Origin: a virus
Length of the DNA stretch: 37,056 nt
Virus record (IMG/VR): IMGVR_UViG_3300042731_004196
Location: 1-37,056 of that record
Strand: one strand, 5' to 3'
Shown here: positions 5,685 through 13,694 of the stretch, piece by piece
How positions within the stretch are numbered: the first letter of the stretch is position 1
How the letters are laid out: each line of letters starts with the position of its first letter
The notes under the pieces: generated by a model
What the model saw: only the letters and a program-made list of their open reading frames with translations
Told to the model about the DNA's origin: nothing
The model's database searches: none
Made by a program: the position numbers and the translations under genes

Positions 5685-5972
5685 ATGAAACCAACGCAAG
5701 ACAACAATTTTGGGCGAGTGTTTGAACTGCCCGAGCAATGCCCTAAAGGTTTTCTGTTTCGGTGGCGGAAAGCCGGTGCAGATGCAGATGGTTGACTGGT
5801 TCAACCCGTGGCCGGACGGGCCGATGGTTGAAACCCGCCAGAGACGCGGGCCGAAGTGGTAGAGATGCTTCGCCTGTTCCCGATGCAGAAGAACTACGTG
5901 AAGCCGGGCCGTCGCTACACCCTCGTTACGGACTTCGGAGAGTCGCCGATGTTCGGTCACGGGCGCGCCTAA
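5685..5972 (+). pseudogene. Three consecutive short ORFs in three frames (5685-5795, 5782-5862, 5865-5972): either a frameshifted gene or tiny overlapping genes
   Basis: Each segment looks coding (36, 26 and 35 aa), but no single frame stays open. AGAGGA precedes ATG 5685. Confidence 0.25.
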
Positions 5973-5994
5973 CAACCGCCATCAGCCGACGCGC
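5969..5994 (+). repeat. Conserved element CTAACAACCGCCATCAGCCGACGC
   Basis: Its TAA (5970-5972) is the stop of the last short ORF. Third full copy of the element. Confidence 0.8.
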
Positions 5995-6007
5995 TAAACC
6001 CCTCTGT

Positions 6008-6025
6008 GGCAGCCTTCGGGCGGCC
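6008..6025. terminator. Hairpin with a TTCG loop between convergent genes (possible bidirectional terminator)
   Basis: GGCAGCC-TTCG-GGCGGCC, 7-bp stem with one mismatch and no clear T-tract. Confidence 0.3.
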
Positions 6026-6038
6026 CCTGCCCCGCCTC

Positions 6039-8456
6039 CTATTTCATCCACGCACGAGGTCTCAGCGCTTTCTTACGCGCTATGGCGTCGATCTGCAACA
6101 CCCTGGCGGTCTTCTCGGCCGCAACCATGTCCGCCCGGGCACCCTGCACCTTGCGCACAATCCAGCCGCGGCGACGGCCGTGGATACTCTCGGCGCCGAT
6201 GCGCGTCATGGCGCGGGCAAGACGCTGAGGGGTCACCCGCCCCGAAATCCAGTGTCGGCCCTTGCCGGTCTCGATCAGGGCCAATATGTCCTCTGTCGCA
6301 ATAGCGCCGTGCGCAAAAAGCCCTGTGCCCTGTGAGATTTGTTCAAGAAGCCAGACTTCCAGGCCGTCTCGGGATTGTCGCATGAGATCCTCGGTCCATT
6401 TGGTTATGGGCGGCCGCTCGCCGGGGGAAAGGTGCGATATGTCGCGAGACTGCAGCCAGTGCGCTACCCGCGCGACGCCGCCCTGCTCCAGCCACTTCCA
6501 GTAGCCGATAAACCACTGGTCCCACGCCCGCTTGGCCTCCCCAGTGTCAGGGATGCTGAGCCTGCACCACAGAGGCAGGTACCGCCGCTCGCCCGGGTCT
6601 ATGTGCAGGCACAACCGATGGTTCGTGAGCATGACCACCTGGACAAGGTTGGGGATCTCGTAGGGTCGGAGATTCTTTTCGTTCACTCGCAGGGTCAGAG
6701 GCGGCGCGGCAAGGACGCGCTTGAGCTTCTCGCCCACAATCTCGCGGTCCCGATGGTTGCCATAGTCGATCTCGTTTACGATCAGCACCTTGGTTCTTGC
6801 CAAGAAAGAATTGAACTCGCTCGCCAGCTCGCTCCCCTCGGCCACCGTCACGTTGTGCCGGCCGACTGCATCGAGCACAGGCGAGAGGAAAGAGTCCTTG
6901 CCGATGCCCTTGTCGCCGCCCAGCAGGATCCCGTGATTCACCTTGAAACCGGGTCGCTGGACGTACCACGCGAGCCGATCCAGCAGCCATTCCGCCCCAC
7001 GCTCCCCCTCCTCAAGGTCCAGAGCCCGTAGCAGGGAGAGCCAGGGCTCCACGTCCCCCGGGACCGGCTGCAGGCGGGATGGGCAGTACGAATTGTACAC
7101 GCGCACGCCTGCCCCACGGGTGATGACCCCCCTCGGCAAGCCCGGGTGATAAACCAACGACTGGGCCTGCTCGCACCTTGCATCCTTGCCCGTCAACCAC
7201 GCCTGCTCTGCGCGGGCCTTGTCGCCGTCGAACTCGCGCGCTTTCTCGACCAGGAAAGCTTCTCGCGAGATGAGGACCCCCGACCTGCGGTCGATAACCT
7301 TTGCCTGGTCCGCGATGTAGACCTCGTTGGCGGGCTCGACCGGGCGCTTCTCGCGCTTCTCACGGGCAACCCGCAGCATGGTACGCAGCAGGTCGAGTGA
7401 GATGCCGGTCGCCTTCTTGGCCTCATGCAGCAGCATTAGCACCTCGTCCTCCCCGAGCCCGCTGCACGCGATCTGGATGACCAGCTCGCGCGCCTGCCGG
7501 GAGTCCTCGACCGCGAGCCCCTGCGCCCGCAGCAGCAGCAGATCGTAGGTCGAAAGGGCCTCGGGGTCTGCCTGTGGCTCCGAAGCCTTCTTTTTCCAGT
7601 CCCGCCATGCCGCCTGCACTGTGTATTTCCACACCCACGCCCACGGGTCGCTTGCGTGGTGGGGCGGTTCCTTGCCGAACACCGCAAGGTGCGTCTCGGG
7701 TCCTATCGCCGCCATGTCCGCCAAGGTCCACCCCATTGAGAACGCGCGCAAGACGGCGTTATAGGCGTCCCGGGAGGCGTCCCCGGTCGCCCCCTCACCC
7801 CGCGTCAGGAAGCGCGCGTGGTCGGCGCCCAGGGCGCCTATGCGGGCCTTCACGTCCGCTGCGCCCAGGTCGGAGGGCTCGGGGATGGGGAATGCCTCAA
7901 TGCTGCGTTCCCGCGCGCCTTTGGACCACTCCTCACAAGCCTTCCAAAGTCGCTCGGGGATGGGTGCGGAGGGGTCGCCGTCGACCCACTGGTAGGACTC
8001 GCCGCCGACCTTGGACGGGGAGACGGCGATGTACCCACCGTCCGTCCTCATGTCCAGCCCGCCATGCGGCCCGCGGCGGGTGAAGTTTGCCAGCGTCTCC
8101 CCGCGCGCGGCCCACAGCAGGTGATGGCCCCCCGAGGGCGTTCGCTGCATGGGCCAGGGGGCCGGGGAGAGCCCGTCAAGGGAAAGGTAAGACTGCCACC
8201 CGTCTCGCCCCTCCTTATTGTCGAGGTCGAGGGCAGCCCACCCGTTGCCCATACAGATGCCGATGTTGGCGCTGGGGTAGGTCTCCCACCAGCGCTTGAT
8301 GGTTTCCTCGTCGGTGGTCGCCTCGGTGCTCCATTTGACTAGCGGTTGCTTGCCGCCGGGGGCGAGAGGGAAGACGCGAAAGCCCCATTGGGCATAGGCT
8401 AGAGCGGCTTCTGGGAGGGGTAAGTGGTTGACATAGGCAAGGTTTGTTGCCACCAT
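6039..8456 (-). CDS. Bifunctional primase-polymerase (prim-pol N-terminal domain) fused to a VirE/D5-type SF3 P-loop helicase, 805 aa
   Basis: N-terminus GFRVFPLAPGGKQPL...ALDLD...SGGHHLLW (prim-pol). Walker A GGDKGIGKDS and Walker B VLIVNEID in the C-terminal half. Confidence 0.88.
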   Translation of the reverse strand: MVATNLAYVNHLPLPEAALAYAQWGFRVFPLAPGGKQPLVKWSTEATTDEETIKRWWETYPSANIGICMGNGWAALDLDNKEGRDGWQSYLSLDGLSPAPWPMQRTPSGGHHLLWAARGETLANFTRRGPHGGLDMRTDGGYIAVSPSKVGGESYQWVDGDPSAPIPERLWKACEEWSKGARERSIEAFPIPEPSDLGAADVKARIGALGADHARFLTRGEGATGDASRDAYNAVLRAFSMGWTLADMAAIGPETHLAVFGKEPPHHASDPWAWVWKYTVQAAWRDWKKKASEPQADPEALSTYDLLLLRAQGLAVEDSRQARELVIQIACSGLGEDEVLMLLHEAKKATGISLDLLRTMLRVAREKREKRPVEPANEVYIADQAKVIDRRSGVLISREAFLVEKAREFDGDKARAEQAWLTGKDARCEQAQSLVYHPGLPRGVITRGAGVRVYNSYCPSRLQPVPGDVEPWLSLLRALDLEEGERGAEWLLDRLAWYVQRPGFKVNHGILLGGDKGIGKDSFLSPVLDAVGRHNVTVAEGSELASEFNSFLARTKVLIVNEIDYGNHRDREIVGEKLKRVLAAPPLTLRVNEKNLRPYEIPNLVQVVMLTNHRLCLHIDPGERRYLPLWCRLSIPDTGEAKRAWDQWFIGYWKWLEQGGVARVAHWLQSRDISHLSPGERPPITKWTEDLMRQSRDGLEVWLLEQISQGTGLFAHGAIATEDILALIETGKGRHWISGRVTPQRLARAMTRIGAESIHGRRRGWIVRKVQGARADMVAAEKTARVLQIDAIARKKALRPRAWMK

Positions 8457-8554
8457 GAAAGTACCTGCAGATCCTGTGACTGGTGGGGCGCGTTACAGAA
8501 AGCCCGAGGTTGCTCACACCTCGGGCTTTCGCGCGTCTGGGAAAGAGGATACCG

Positions 8555-8869
8555 CTACCGCCCGTCAAACTCCAGTTCCTCTATGAGACGGTCGAGACAG
8601 TGCCTCGCTTTCTTCACGTCCTCACGCATGGGACCCTTGGCCCCCGCACGCGCCAGATAGTTAATGGCGCTCCCCCGCAGGTACCCAATGAACCCTTCCC
8701 CGCCCAGCCAGGAGTGCATGGCGTCCCAGGGCTGTACGGCCATGTCCCTGTAATGGGTGCCCCCCACCTGCCTGTCTTTCGCTTTCATCTCAGTTTCCCC
8801 CGTCTCCGCGCAATGCGCTTTTTCACTCAGTAGGTCTTTCAAGGCCACCGCAGTCTGCTCCTTTGTCAA
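8555..8869 (-). CDS. DUF3310-family phage protein
   Basis: GGTHYRD...AINYLARAGAKG...DVKKARHCLDRLIE matches the DUF3310 pattern. TTG 8869 gives the longest ORF, but ATG 8788 (MKAKDRQVGGTHY, GGGGGA upstream) is a plausible true start. Confidence 0.72.
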   Translation of the reverse strand: MTKEQTAVALKDLLSEKAHCAETGETEMKAKDRQVGGTHYRDMAVQPWDAMHSWLGGEGFIGYLRGSAINYLARAGAKGPMREDVKKARHCLDRLIEELEFDGR

Positions 8870-8885
8870 TTCTTCCGTTATGCGG

Positions 8886-9038
8886 CTATCGAAATGCCCA
8901 CAAAAACCAATTCTTCAGCCCAAGGCGCCCGCCCCATCTTCGCGGCATCACAACCCATTCCCAGAAGTGGTGCGTCCGCGGGTATCGCAGATGCCAGTCT
9001 CTAGTCTCCATCCATTGCAAGACGTTGTATCGCCACAT
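8886..9038 (-). CDS. Hypothetical Trp-rich small protein (50 aa)
   Basis: ATG 9038 is preceded by CTGGAGCGACTTGTT, nearly identical to the initiation region of the 3533 gene. No motif recognised. Confidence 0.3.
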   Translation of the reverse strand: MWRYNVLQWMETRDWHLRYPRTHHFWEWVVMPRRWGGRLGLKNWFLWAFR

Positions 9039-9135
9039 AACAAGTCGCTCCAGCCGACCCGCTACCGCGGGCCTGGCTCATTAGTTGATTTAACGCTCCA
9101 GCGTATCGCGGTAGCGGTCGCCAGTTAGCTTTGCG

Positions 9136-9408
9136 TTATACGCACCCACCACAACAACCAAAACTTAAACCGTCTTCCAGCTTCTCGGCTATTGCTTGGT
9201 ACTCCTCTTCGGTGATTTTGTATTTGTCCAGCACATCGGCAGTCGATGCCTTGCGCTCAAACCGCATATCACCGCAAGCGTAATCTTCGGCGTTCTCTCG
9301 GTCATGGTCGTACTGCTCCCCAAAGTCATCGCTATCAGCAGCAATGCCGTTAATCTTGAACTCAGAGGTAGCGCAAAGCGCCCCGTATATCTCTAATTTC
9401 AATTCCAT
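9136..9408 (-). CDS. Hypothetical acidic, Cys-containing protein (90 aa) in a low-GC patch
   Basis: ATG 9408 is preceded by GGAGATAGAC. GC is about 50% by hand count versus 60-69% nearby. C-terminus is ..SFGCCGGCV. Confidence 0.6.
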   Translation of the reverse strand: MELKLEIYGALCATSEFKINGIAADSDDFGEQYDHDRENAEDYACGDMRFERKASTADVLDKYKITEEEYQAIAEKLEDGLSFGCCGGCV

Positions 9409-9443
9409 GTCTATCTCCAAAAATCGCGCATAATAAGGCAAAT

Positions 9444-9587
9444 TCACTCTGACCGCTCACCCGCCGCGCGCATTCGCGTCGGGCGATTTGTGGCGTTAGG
9501 CCCCTTGGTCCAGAGCCACCCTGCGCCCAGGCCCGCCAGCATCGCAGCGGGGAAACTCGCCAACCGTAATAGGTTGTCTAGGCCCAT
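9444..9587 (-). CDS. Possible small membrane protein (47 aa)
   Basis: ATG 9587 overlaps the stop of the upstream gene. Hydrophobic stretch LLRLASFPAAMLAGLGAGWLW. Confidence 0.3.
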   Translation of the reverse strand: MGLDNLLRLASFPAAMLAGLGAGWLWTKGPNATNRPTRMRAAGERSE

Positions 9588-9823
9588 GCGATTCCCCCTT
9601 TGTCTTCCGCTCTACCTGTAACCTCCTCCCAGACGGCATACGCCATCTTCAGTCTCGCGTCGGAGTAGTCGCCTCGCAGGTGGTACCTGAGGGTGTTGGG
9701 CGATATGTCCAGCATGTGGTTATTCCGCAAGCGGTTAGCCATCAAATTTACTGCAACGTTCAGATTTTTCTGGGTTTCCGCCCAAGCTCGAAATAGGTCT
9801 AGCCATTCATGGTAATCTAGCAT
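9578..9823 (-). CDS. Hypothetical protein (81 aa), possibly DNA-binding
   Basis: First gene of the leftward unit from the 9855-9884 promoter. No firm motif. Confidence 0.6.
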   Translation of the reverse strand: MLDYHEWLDLFRAWAETQKNLNVAVNLMANRLRNNHMLDISPNTLRYHLRGDYSDARLKMAYAVWEEVTGRAEDKGGIAWA

Positions 9824-9854
9824 ATACTTTACCCCGTAGGTTAAGTGTGGGTTA

Positions 9855-9884
9855 ATCTTAACCTGCGTTACGTCTAACTGTCAA
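9855..9884 (-). promoter_or_regulatory. Leftward promoter TTGACA-18 nt-TAAGAT overlapping an AGGTTAAG/CTTAACCT inverted repeat
   Basis: TTGACA is the reverse complement of 9879-9884 and TAAGAT of 9855-9860. Inverted-repeat arms at 9838-9845 and 9857-9864. Confidence 0.5.
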
Positions 9885-9897
9885 CGGGAAATTACAC

Positions 9898-10278
9898 ATG
9901 AATTACGAAGCTCTCGCACAAGCCTTCCGCCTGGCTGCCGACGCACTGGTTGCCGACGAGTCCGCGCCCGTACAAGCGGCGAACCAGCCCGCACAGGAGG
10001 CGGTCGGCACTTCGCAGCCCCCGGGGCTGTACGCAGTCCAGCCTACGCAGGCCGCTCCCACTCCCGCGCAGCCCGCTATCCCCTCCCCGACCGCTCCCGC
10101 GCCGACCGCGCAGGACGTTATTAACCTGTTCCAGCAGGTCGCACCGACGCGCCCCGATGCCAACGACGTGGTCAAGGCTGCGCTCACCGCGCACGGGTTG
10201 ATGAAGATTTCGGACGCAAGCTCGGAGCAGATCGCCAGCATCTTTGCGCAGCTCAAGGGGGCCTTCGGTGCCCAGTAA
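9898..10278 (+). CDS. Hypothetical protein with a Pro/Ala/Gln-rich central linker (126 aa)
   Basis: ATG 9898. First gene of the rightward replication operon. Confidence 0.65.
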   Translation: MNYEALAQAFRLAADALVADESAPVQAANQPAQEAVGTSQPPGLYAVQPTQAAPTPAQPAIPSPTAPAPTAQDVINLFQQVAPTRPDANDVVKAALTAHGLMKISDASSEQIASIFAQLKGAFGAQ

Positions 10279-11596
10279 ACACGCGCGCATCTCACCGAGC
10301 AGCCTGCCTTATCTGGCCCTGTGCCCGGGGCGGCTGCAAGCCATCGAGGCCCTGCCTCCGCAAGACCGTGACAGGGACACGCAGGCATCCATCGACGGCA
10401 CGCGCCGGCATGCCCTGTCCGAGTGGCGCAAGAATCACCCCCTCGACCCCTGGCCGACCGAGGTCGAGGGCTACAAGGTCACCTCCGACGACATCGCCGC
10501 GGTCAGCAAGATCCAGCAGTATTTTCTCACACACGACGCGCACCCCGCCCGGGGCCTCGATGTGCAGATGTTCCTGACCGAGGAACAGGTCGAGATTGGT
10601 CGCTGGTGCGGGCTCGACGAGGGCATCATGTGGGGCACGGCCGACACCATCATGGCCACCCGCGACATGCTGGAGATCGCCGATGACAAGTACGGGCAGG
10701 TCCAAGTCGACCCTGACAACTGGCAGAACAAAGCCTACGCGGTCGGGGCTGGTGTGAAGCTGGTCGACCCGGCAACCGGGGAGTTCTTTCCTCACTGGCG
10801 GCAGGTGCGCAACGTCAAGCTGACCATCGTGCAGCCGACCGCAGAGGACCCCATCAAGTCTGTCGTGTACCCGCTGACCGACCTGGAGACCTGGGCGCGG
10901 CAGATTGGGGACATCGCCCGCAAGGCCCTGGCGCCCGGCGCCAAGCGGGTCCCGGGGGATAAGCAATGCCGCTGGTGCGCCGCCGCTGGGGTGTGCCGCG
11001 AGCGGATGGAATCAACCGCGAAGGAGATGTTCAATATGGTAGAGCAGCCTGACACCCCCGGAATGCCGGAGCCCATCGCGTCCGTCGATTCGATTATTGA
11101 CATCGCAGAGACGCGGATGACCCAGGACCCCGAGTCCATGACCCCCGAGGAGATCGGGCGGATGCTCGATACGGCTATTGCGGTCGAGGGGTGGTTCCAG
11201 GACCTGCGCAAGCAGGCTCAGACCTTCCTGCAGGACGGCACCCCCATCCCCGGGTGGAAGCTCATTGCGGGCAAACGTTCCCGCGCGTGGAAAGAAGGGG
11301 AGGATGAGACGGCGAAAGCCCTGAAATCCCTTGGCGTCAAGATCGACGACCTCTACTCCCGCAAGCTGGTCACCCCGGCCCAGGCCGAGAAGTGCGAGGT
11401 CGGCCGGAAGCACAAGGTCATCCTTGGCGCAGATAAGGCTCGGATGCGGAAGCTCGAAGACCTCTGGTCATGGAAGGAGGGCAAGCCTGCCCTGGCGCCC
11501 GAGAGCGACCCTGCGCCAGCGGTGAACGATGCGCACTCCATGTTTGAGGCCCCCCCGCAGGAGCCCGAGCCTCAACTCACTCCCGATTGGATTTAA
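10268..11596 (+). CDS. PD-(D/E)XK (Cas4/RecB-like) nuclease, DUF2800 family
   Basis: N-terminus HARISPSSLPYLALCPG, C-terminal Cys cluster CRWCAAAGVCRE. Synteny with DUF2815 and PolA. Start is GTG 10268 (AAGGGGG upstream) or TTG 10244. Confidence 0.82.
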   Translation: MPSKHARISPSSLPYLALCPGRLQAIEALPPQDRDRDTQASIDGTRRHALSEWRKNHPLDPWPTEVEGYKVTSDDIAAVSKIQQYFLTHDAHPARGLDVQMFLTEEQVEIGRWCGLDEGIMWGTADTIMATRDMLEIADDKYGQVQVDPDNWQNKAYAVGAGVKLVDPATGEFFPHWRQVRNVKLTIVQPTAEDPIKSVVYPLTDLETWARQIGDIARKALAPGAKRVPGDKQCRWCAAAGVCRERMESTAKEMFNMVEQPDTPGMPEPIASVDSIIDIAETRMTQDPESMTPEEIGRMLDTAIAVEGWFQDLRKQAQTFLQDGTPIPGWKLIAGKRSRAWKEGEDETAKALKSLGVKIDDLYSRKLVTPAQAEKCEVGRKHKVILGADKARMRKLEDLWSWKEGKPALAPESDPAPAVNDAHSMFEAPPQEPEPQLTPDWI

Positions 11597-11600
11597 TACC

Positions 11601-12230
11601 ATGAGCACATCAGTCCGCTTGACTAACATCATCATCTGTTACCCGCATCTGTTCGAGAGGCACACCCCGCCTGGGGCCAACAAAGCCAAGTATTCGGCCG
11701 AGTTCCTGCTCGACCCGGCAGGCAACGCTGCCGCCGTCCAGGAGATCACCGCAGCCTTCCAGGCTGTCGCCACGGCCGCGGGCAAGCAGGGCATGCTGCA
11801 GTATCTGAAGTCCCCGCTGAAGGACGGGAGCCAGCTCAACCAGGAGTCGGTGATGAAGGGCAAGAAGGCCCGCCCGGAGCTGGAAGGCAAGCTGGTCCTT
11901 CGCGCCTCGGACGCCAGCTACGCGCCGGCCGTCGTCAACGCGCAAATGCAGCCGATTCCCGAGAGCAGCAAGAGCCAAATTTTTGGTGGCTGCATCGTCA
12001 ATGCCTTCGTCGATATATATTGGTCTGGCAACCAGGTCAACCCGGGGGTCTATGCTGGCCTGCGCGGGGTCCAGCTCGTCTCCAACGTCAACGTGACGCC
12101 CATCGGCGGCACGGGCGCCCTGAGCCCCGAGGAGATGTTCGAGGCAGTCCCAGGGGCGCCGCCAGCGCAGCAGCCTGCCCAGGAGCAGGGACCTTCACAG
12201 TCTGCCACGGACCAGGTGCCATGGCTGTAG
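11601..12230 (+). CDS. Phage ssDNA-binding protein, DUF2815 family (209 aa)
   Basis: VRLTNIIICYPHLFE...KYSAEFLL... pattern with an acidic/aromatic C-terminal tip DQVPWL. Position between the DUF2800 gene and PolA. Confidence 0.8.
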   Translation: MSTSVRLTNIIICYPHLFERHTPPGANKAKYSAEFLLDPAGNAAAVQEITAAFQAVATAAGKQGMLQYLKSPLKDGSQLNQESVMKGKKARPELEGKLVLRASDASYAPAVVNAQMQPIPESSKSQIFGGCIVNAFVDIYWSGNQVNPGVYAGLRGVQLVSNVNVTPIGGTGALSPEEMFEAVPGAPPAQQPAQEQGPSQSATDQVPWL

Positions 12231-12481
12231 AAAGCAAAATCCCGCCCATCGTGTCAGTGCTGCTCGGGCTGACGGAGGGCTCGTATGCACTGGCAGAGAT
12301 CATGTCTGACAAGGGGGTCAAGCCCTCCCGCGAGCAGATGTCCGAGGTGTTCGCGAAGCAGGCGGCGGTCCTGGAACACCTCACGGTCGTGTTGGCGCGG
12401 CACTTCGGGGTCTCCCAGACAGACCTGCTGAGGATGGCAGAGGGCGAGCCCGATCCTGAGACACAGGAGACCAAGCATTGA
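12221..12481 (+). CDS. Hypothetical protein (86 aa)
   Basis: ATG 12221 overlaps the SSB gene end. Its stop overlaps the polymerase start. Confidence 0.55.
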   Translation: MAVESKIPPIVSVLLGLTEGSYALAEIMSDKGVKPSREQMSEVFAKQAAVLEHLTVVLARHFGVSQTDLLRMAEGEPDPETQETKH

Positions 12482-13269
12482 CTCGCGTGCATTTCGATCT
12501 CGAAACCGCGTGCGACCTCGACCTCAAGCAGGTCGGGCTGACCAACTACGTCAACCACGAGTCGTTCCGCGTCCTGATGACCGCGTGGGCCTTCGACGAT
12601 GAACCCGTGCAGTGGGGCGAGGGGCTGGTGCGGTTCTGGGGCAAGCGCTGGCCCTCGACCTGGCACGCCTTCAACGTGCCGTTCGAGGCAGCTTGTCTAC
12701 GCCGCTACGGCGTGGGGGTCGCACTCCAGCTATGGCGCTGCACCCTGGCCCATTCCTACGCCCGCGGCTTCTCCGGCGGGCTGGACAAGGTCGGGGAGCA
12801 GGTCGGCATCGCGCAGGATGCGCAAAAGCTCAAGGAAGGAGGCCGGCTAATCAACAAGTTCTGCAAGCCCCGCCGGCCCAGCAAGTCCAATCCCGACCCG
12901 TATTGGACTGAGAAGACCGCCCCCCTGGACTGGGCGCGGTTCTGTGAGTACAACCGGCAAGACGTAGTGGCCGAGCGAGCCATCTGGTACGAGCTTAACA
13001 GGTGGCCCTGGACCCCTGAGGAGCAGCGCCTGTGGCAGCTTGACAGGGGTATCAATACTGAGGGGGTGCCCGTGGACCTTCCCATGGTGCGGAACGCCCT
13101 GAGCGTCGCTGAAAGGCTGTCAGCGGGCCTCGCGCAGGACTGCCTGCGGGTCACCGGCGGCATTGGTCCTGGACAGGTCCAGGCCCTGCTGGCGTGGTGC
13201 CGGGAGCGAGGTTACGAGGGGGAAGACCTGCGGGCTGGAACAATAGAGGAGGCGTTGAAAGGAGGTTGA
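12478..13269 (+). CDS. Family-A DNA polymerase, N-terminal 3'-5' exonuclease part (split gene, part 1)
   Basis: ExoI-like HFDLETA, plus YNRQDVVAERAIW (ExoIII-like). It ends at a TGA that overlaps the TTGACA of the insert promoter. Confidence 0.85.
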   Translation: MTRVHFDLETACDLDLKQVGLTNYVNHESFRVLMTAWAFDDEPVQWGEGLVRFWGKRWPSTWHAFNVPFEAACLRRYGVGVALQLWRCTLAHSYARGFSGGLDKVGEQVGIAQDAQKLKEGGRLINKFCKPRRPSKSNPDPYWTEKTAPLDWARFCEYNRQDVVAERAIWYELNRWPWTPEEQRLWQLDRGINTEGVPVDLPMVRNALSVAERLSAGLAQDCLRVTGGIGPGQVQALLAWCRERGYEGEDLRAGTIEEALKGG

Positions 13270-13294
13270 CATTAGGTTAATCCCAGGTTAAAGT
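13266..13294 (+). promoter_or_regulatory. Sigma70-type promoter TTGACA-17 nt-TAAAGT at the left edge of the polymerase insert
   Basis: -35 at 13266-13271 and -10 at 13289-13294. The spacer carries two AGGTTAA direct repeats (13274-13280, 13285-13291). Confidence 0.55.
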
Positions 13295-13430
13295 GACCTT
13301 ACACTGCAACCAGCAAATAGAAACGAAACAACCCCCAGCCCGGCGGGCGGCCCAAGGCCGATGGCCGGGACAGGTCAAGCGGGTAAGTGACCTGGTTCGA
13401 AATAACACCCGCAGCCAGGGCTCCGGAGCA

Positions 13431-13694
13431 CCCGGCTCCATTCGGCCCTCCTTGCCCGGAGGCCCTGGCATTTCAACCGACAGGAGATAGAGAAATGAAG
13501 CACATCATCATCATCGCCCCCCTCGCCCTCGCCCTGGTGGGTTGCGAGACGGCCCCCGAGCCCCCGGCTCCATTCGGCCCTCCTTGCCCGGAGGCCCTGG
13601 CATTTCAACCGACAGGAGATAGAGAAATGAAGCACATCATCATCGCCCCCCTCACCCTCGCCCTCGCCCTCGCCCTGGTGGGTTGCGAGACGAC
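13431..13694 (+). repeat. 132-bp tandem duplication (2 copies) covering the leader, SD, ATG and signal peptide of the lipoprotein gene
   Basis: The sequence from 13431 repeats from 13563. Copies differ by one ATC codon and extra GCCCTC units. Confidence 0.9.

Noticed and set aside
5762-8342. Multiple long + strand ORFs (5762-6304, 6339-7031, 7574-8083, 7818-8342)
   Set aside because: They are antisense shadow frames of the 805-aa primase-helicase gene, Arg/Pro/Gly-rich as expected from high GC.
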